This document shows, one piece after another, positions 1 to 523 of a DNA stretch of 523 nt (position 1 is the stretch's first letter; each line of letters begins with the position of its first letter). The DNA comes from Escherichia coli (GTDB taxonomy: Bacteria; Pseudomonadota; Gammaproteobacteria; Enterobacterales; Enterobacteriaceae). The notes under the pieces are model-generated. The model was not told where the DNA came from and searched no databases. It worked only from the letters and a program-made list of their open reading frames with translations. The position numbers were made by a program, and so were the translations under genes. The stretch is from assembly GCF_003334765.1 (NCBI RefSeq), contig NZ_QOWT01000116.1; one strand, written 5' to 3'.

Positions 1-351
1 GGTGGTCACTGCGATACCGCGATTGCCTCTGCGCTTTCCATCATCGTCGCGCCGCTGGTACGCGGTCGTATTCCGACGCTGGTGGATAACGTGCTGACCT
101 GCATCACCCCGGGCTCCAGTGTCGATATTCTGGTCACAGACCACGGCATCGCTGTTAACCCGGCACGTCCGGAGCTGGCAGAACGTCTGCAGGAAGCGGG
201 GATCAAAGTGGTTTCTATTGAGTGGCTGCGTGAACGTGCGCGTCTGCTGACCGGTGAGCCACAGCCGATTGAATTCACCGACCGCGTCGTTGCCGTTGTG
301 CGTTACCGCGATGGCTCGGTGATCGATGTTGTGCATCAGGTGAAGGAATAA
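1..351 (+). CDS. citF: Citrate lyase alpha subunit (citrate CoA-transferase), C-terminal fragment; 5'-partial, CDS continues upstream of the window. Stop codon TAA at 349-351.
   Basis: Frame 1 is open from base 1 to TAA at 349-351 (GGHCDTAIASALSIIVAPLVRGRIPTLVDNVLTCITPGSSVDILVTDHGIAVNPARPELAERLQEAGIKVVSIEWLRERARLLTGEPQPIEFTDRVVAVVRYRDGSVIDVVHQVKE*). I recognise this translation as the C-terminus of enterobacterial CitF from memory, not from a search. Codon usage is E. coli-like (CTG Leu, CGT Arg, GGC/GGT Gly, ATC Ile). It is immediately followed by citX, as expected for citCDEFXG. The ORF-track start at 82 is an internal GTG (Val) codon, not the true start. Confidence 0.9.
   Translation, partial: GGHCDTAIASALSIIVAPLVRGRIPTLVDNVLTCITPGSSVDILVTDHGIAVNPARPELAERLQEAGIKVVSIEWLRERARLLTGEPQPIEFTDRVVAVVRYRDGSVIDVVHQVKE
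342..348 (+). promoter_or_regulatory. Ribosome-binding site (Shine-Dalgarno, GAAGGAA) for citX, embedded in the last codons of citF
   Basis: GAAGGAA at 342-348 has its AGGA core at 344-347, leaving a 7-nt spacer (348-354) before ATG 355. This matches the anti-SD complement and sits within the canonical spacing range. It overlaps the citF codons AAG-GAA and the stop. Confidence 0.6.
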
Positions 352-354
352 GTC

Positions 355-523
355 ATGCACCTGCTTCCTGAACTCGCCAGCCACCATGCGGTGTCAATTC
401 CCGAGCTGCTCGTCAGCCGGGATGAAAGGCAAGCACGGCAACACGCCTGGCTCAAGCGCCATCCTGTTCCACTGGTCTCCTTTACCGTGGTTGCGCCTGG
501 GCCGATTAAAGACAGCGAGGTCA
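355..523 (+). CDS. citX: Apo-citrate lyase phosphoribosyl-dephospho-CoA transferase (holo-citrate lyase ACP synthase, EC 2.7.7.61), N-terminal fragment; 3'-partial, CDS continues downstream of the window.
   Basis: ATG at 355-357 is preceded by a Shine-Dalgarno at optimal spacing. The open frame runs to the window end, giving [57 protein letters not shown] recognise this as the N-terminus of E. coli-type CitX from memory, and its position directly downstream of citF matches the known operon order. It is absent from the supplied ORF track, presumably because it has no stop inside the window. Confidence 0.88.

Noticed and set aside
82-84. GTG at 82 offered by the ORF track as the start of the + strand ORF
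   Set aside because: The frame is open all the way back to base 1 and the upstream translation continues as CitF sequence. The GTG is an internal valine codon, and the true citF start lies upstream of the window.
150-162. Short inverted repeat ccggcacgtccgg (CCGG...CCGG), a possible hairpin
   Set aside because: It has only a 4-bp stem formed by a self-palindromic tetranucleotide, sits inside the citF coding region, and has no adjacent T-tract. This is within chance expectation for GC-rich sequence and is not a terminator or regulatory structure.
6-278. 90-aa minus-strand ORF (MNSIGCGSPVSRRARSRSHSIETTLIPASCRRSASSGRAGLTAMPWSVTRISTLEPGVMQVSTLSTSVGIRPRTSGATMMESAEAIAVSQ)
   Set aside because: It lies entirely antisense to the confidently identified citF coding frame. 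Its composition is strongly Arg/Ser/Thr/Ala-rich and low-complexity, typical of antisense reading of GC-rich coding DNA. No recognisable RBS or known protein family is apparent. Most likely a spurious ORF.
1-523. Possibility that the window encodes a novel or undescribed system (defence, toxin-antitoxin, mobile element, etc.)
   Set aside because: The entire window is accounted for by two adjacent, well-characterised citrate lyase operon genes (citF tail, citX head) with a 3-bp junction. There is no unexplained intergenic space, repeat array, or orphan ORF to support a novel system.

Overview
This 523-bp window is an ordinary, well-characterised junction inside the citrate lyase operon (citCDEFXG type, Enterobacteriaceae / Escherichia-like), read on the + strand. 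Positions 1..351 encode the C-terminal ~116 residues of the citrate lyase alpha subunit (CitF, ending ...DGSVIDVVHQVKE, stop TAA 349-351); the frame is open from base 1, so the gene continues upstream. Three bases later, ATG 355 starts CitX (apo-citrate lyase phosphoribosyl-dephospho-CoA transferase / holo-ACP synthase), whose first 56 codons ([43 protein letters not shown]...) run off the 3' end of the window. A Shine-Dalgarno motif for citX lies within the last codons of citF. Identification rests on recalled protein sequence and operon order, not on a database search. I see no RNA genes, mobile elements, repeats or CRISPR arrays. I find no support for a novel or undescribed system in this window. 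The findings below are minor observations about gene-junction architecture and composition.
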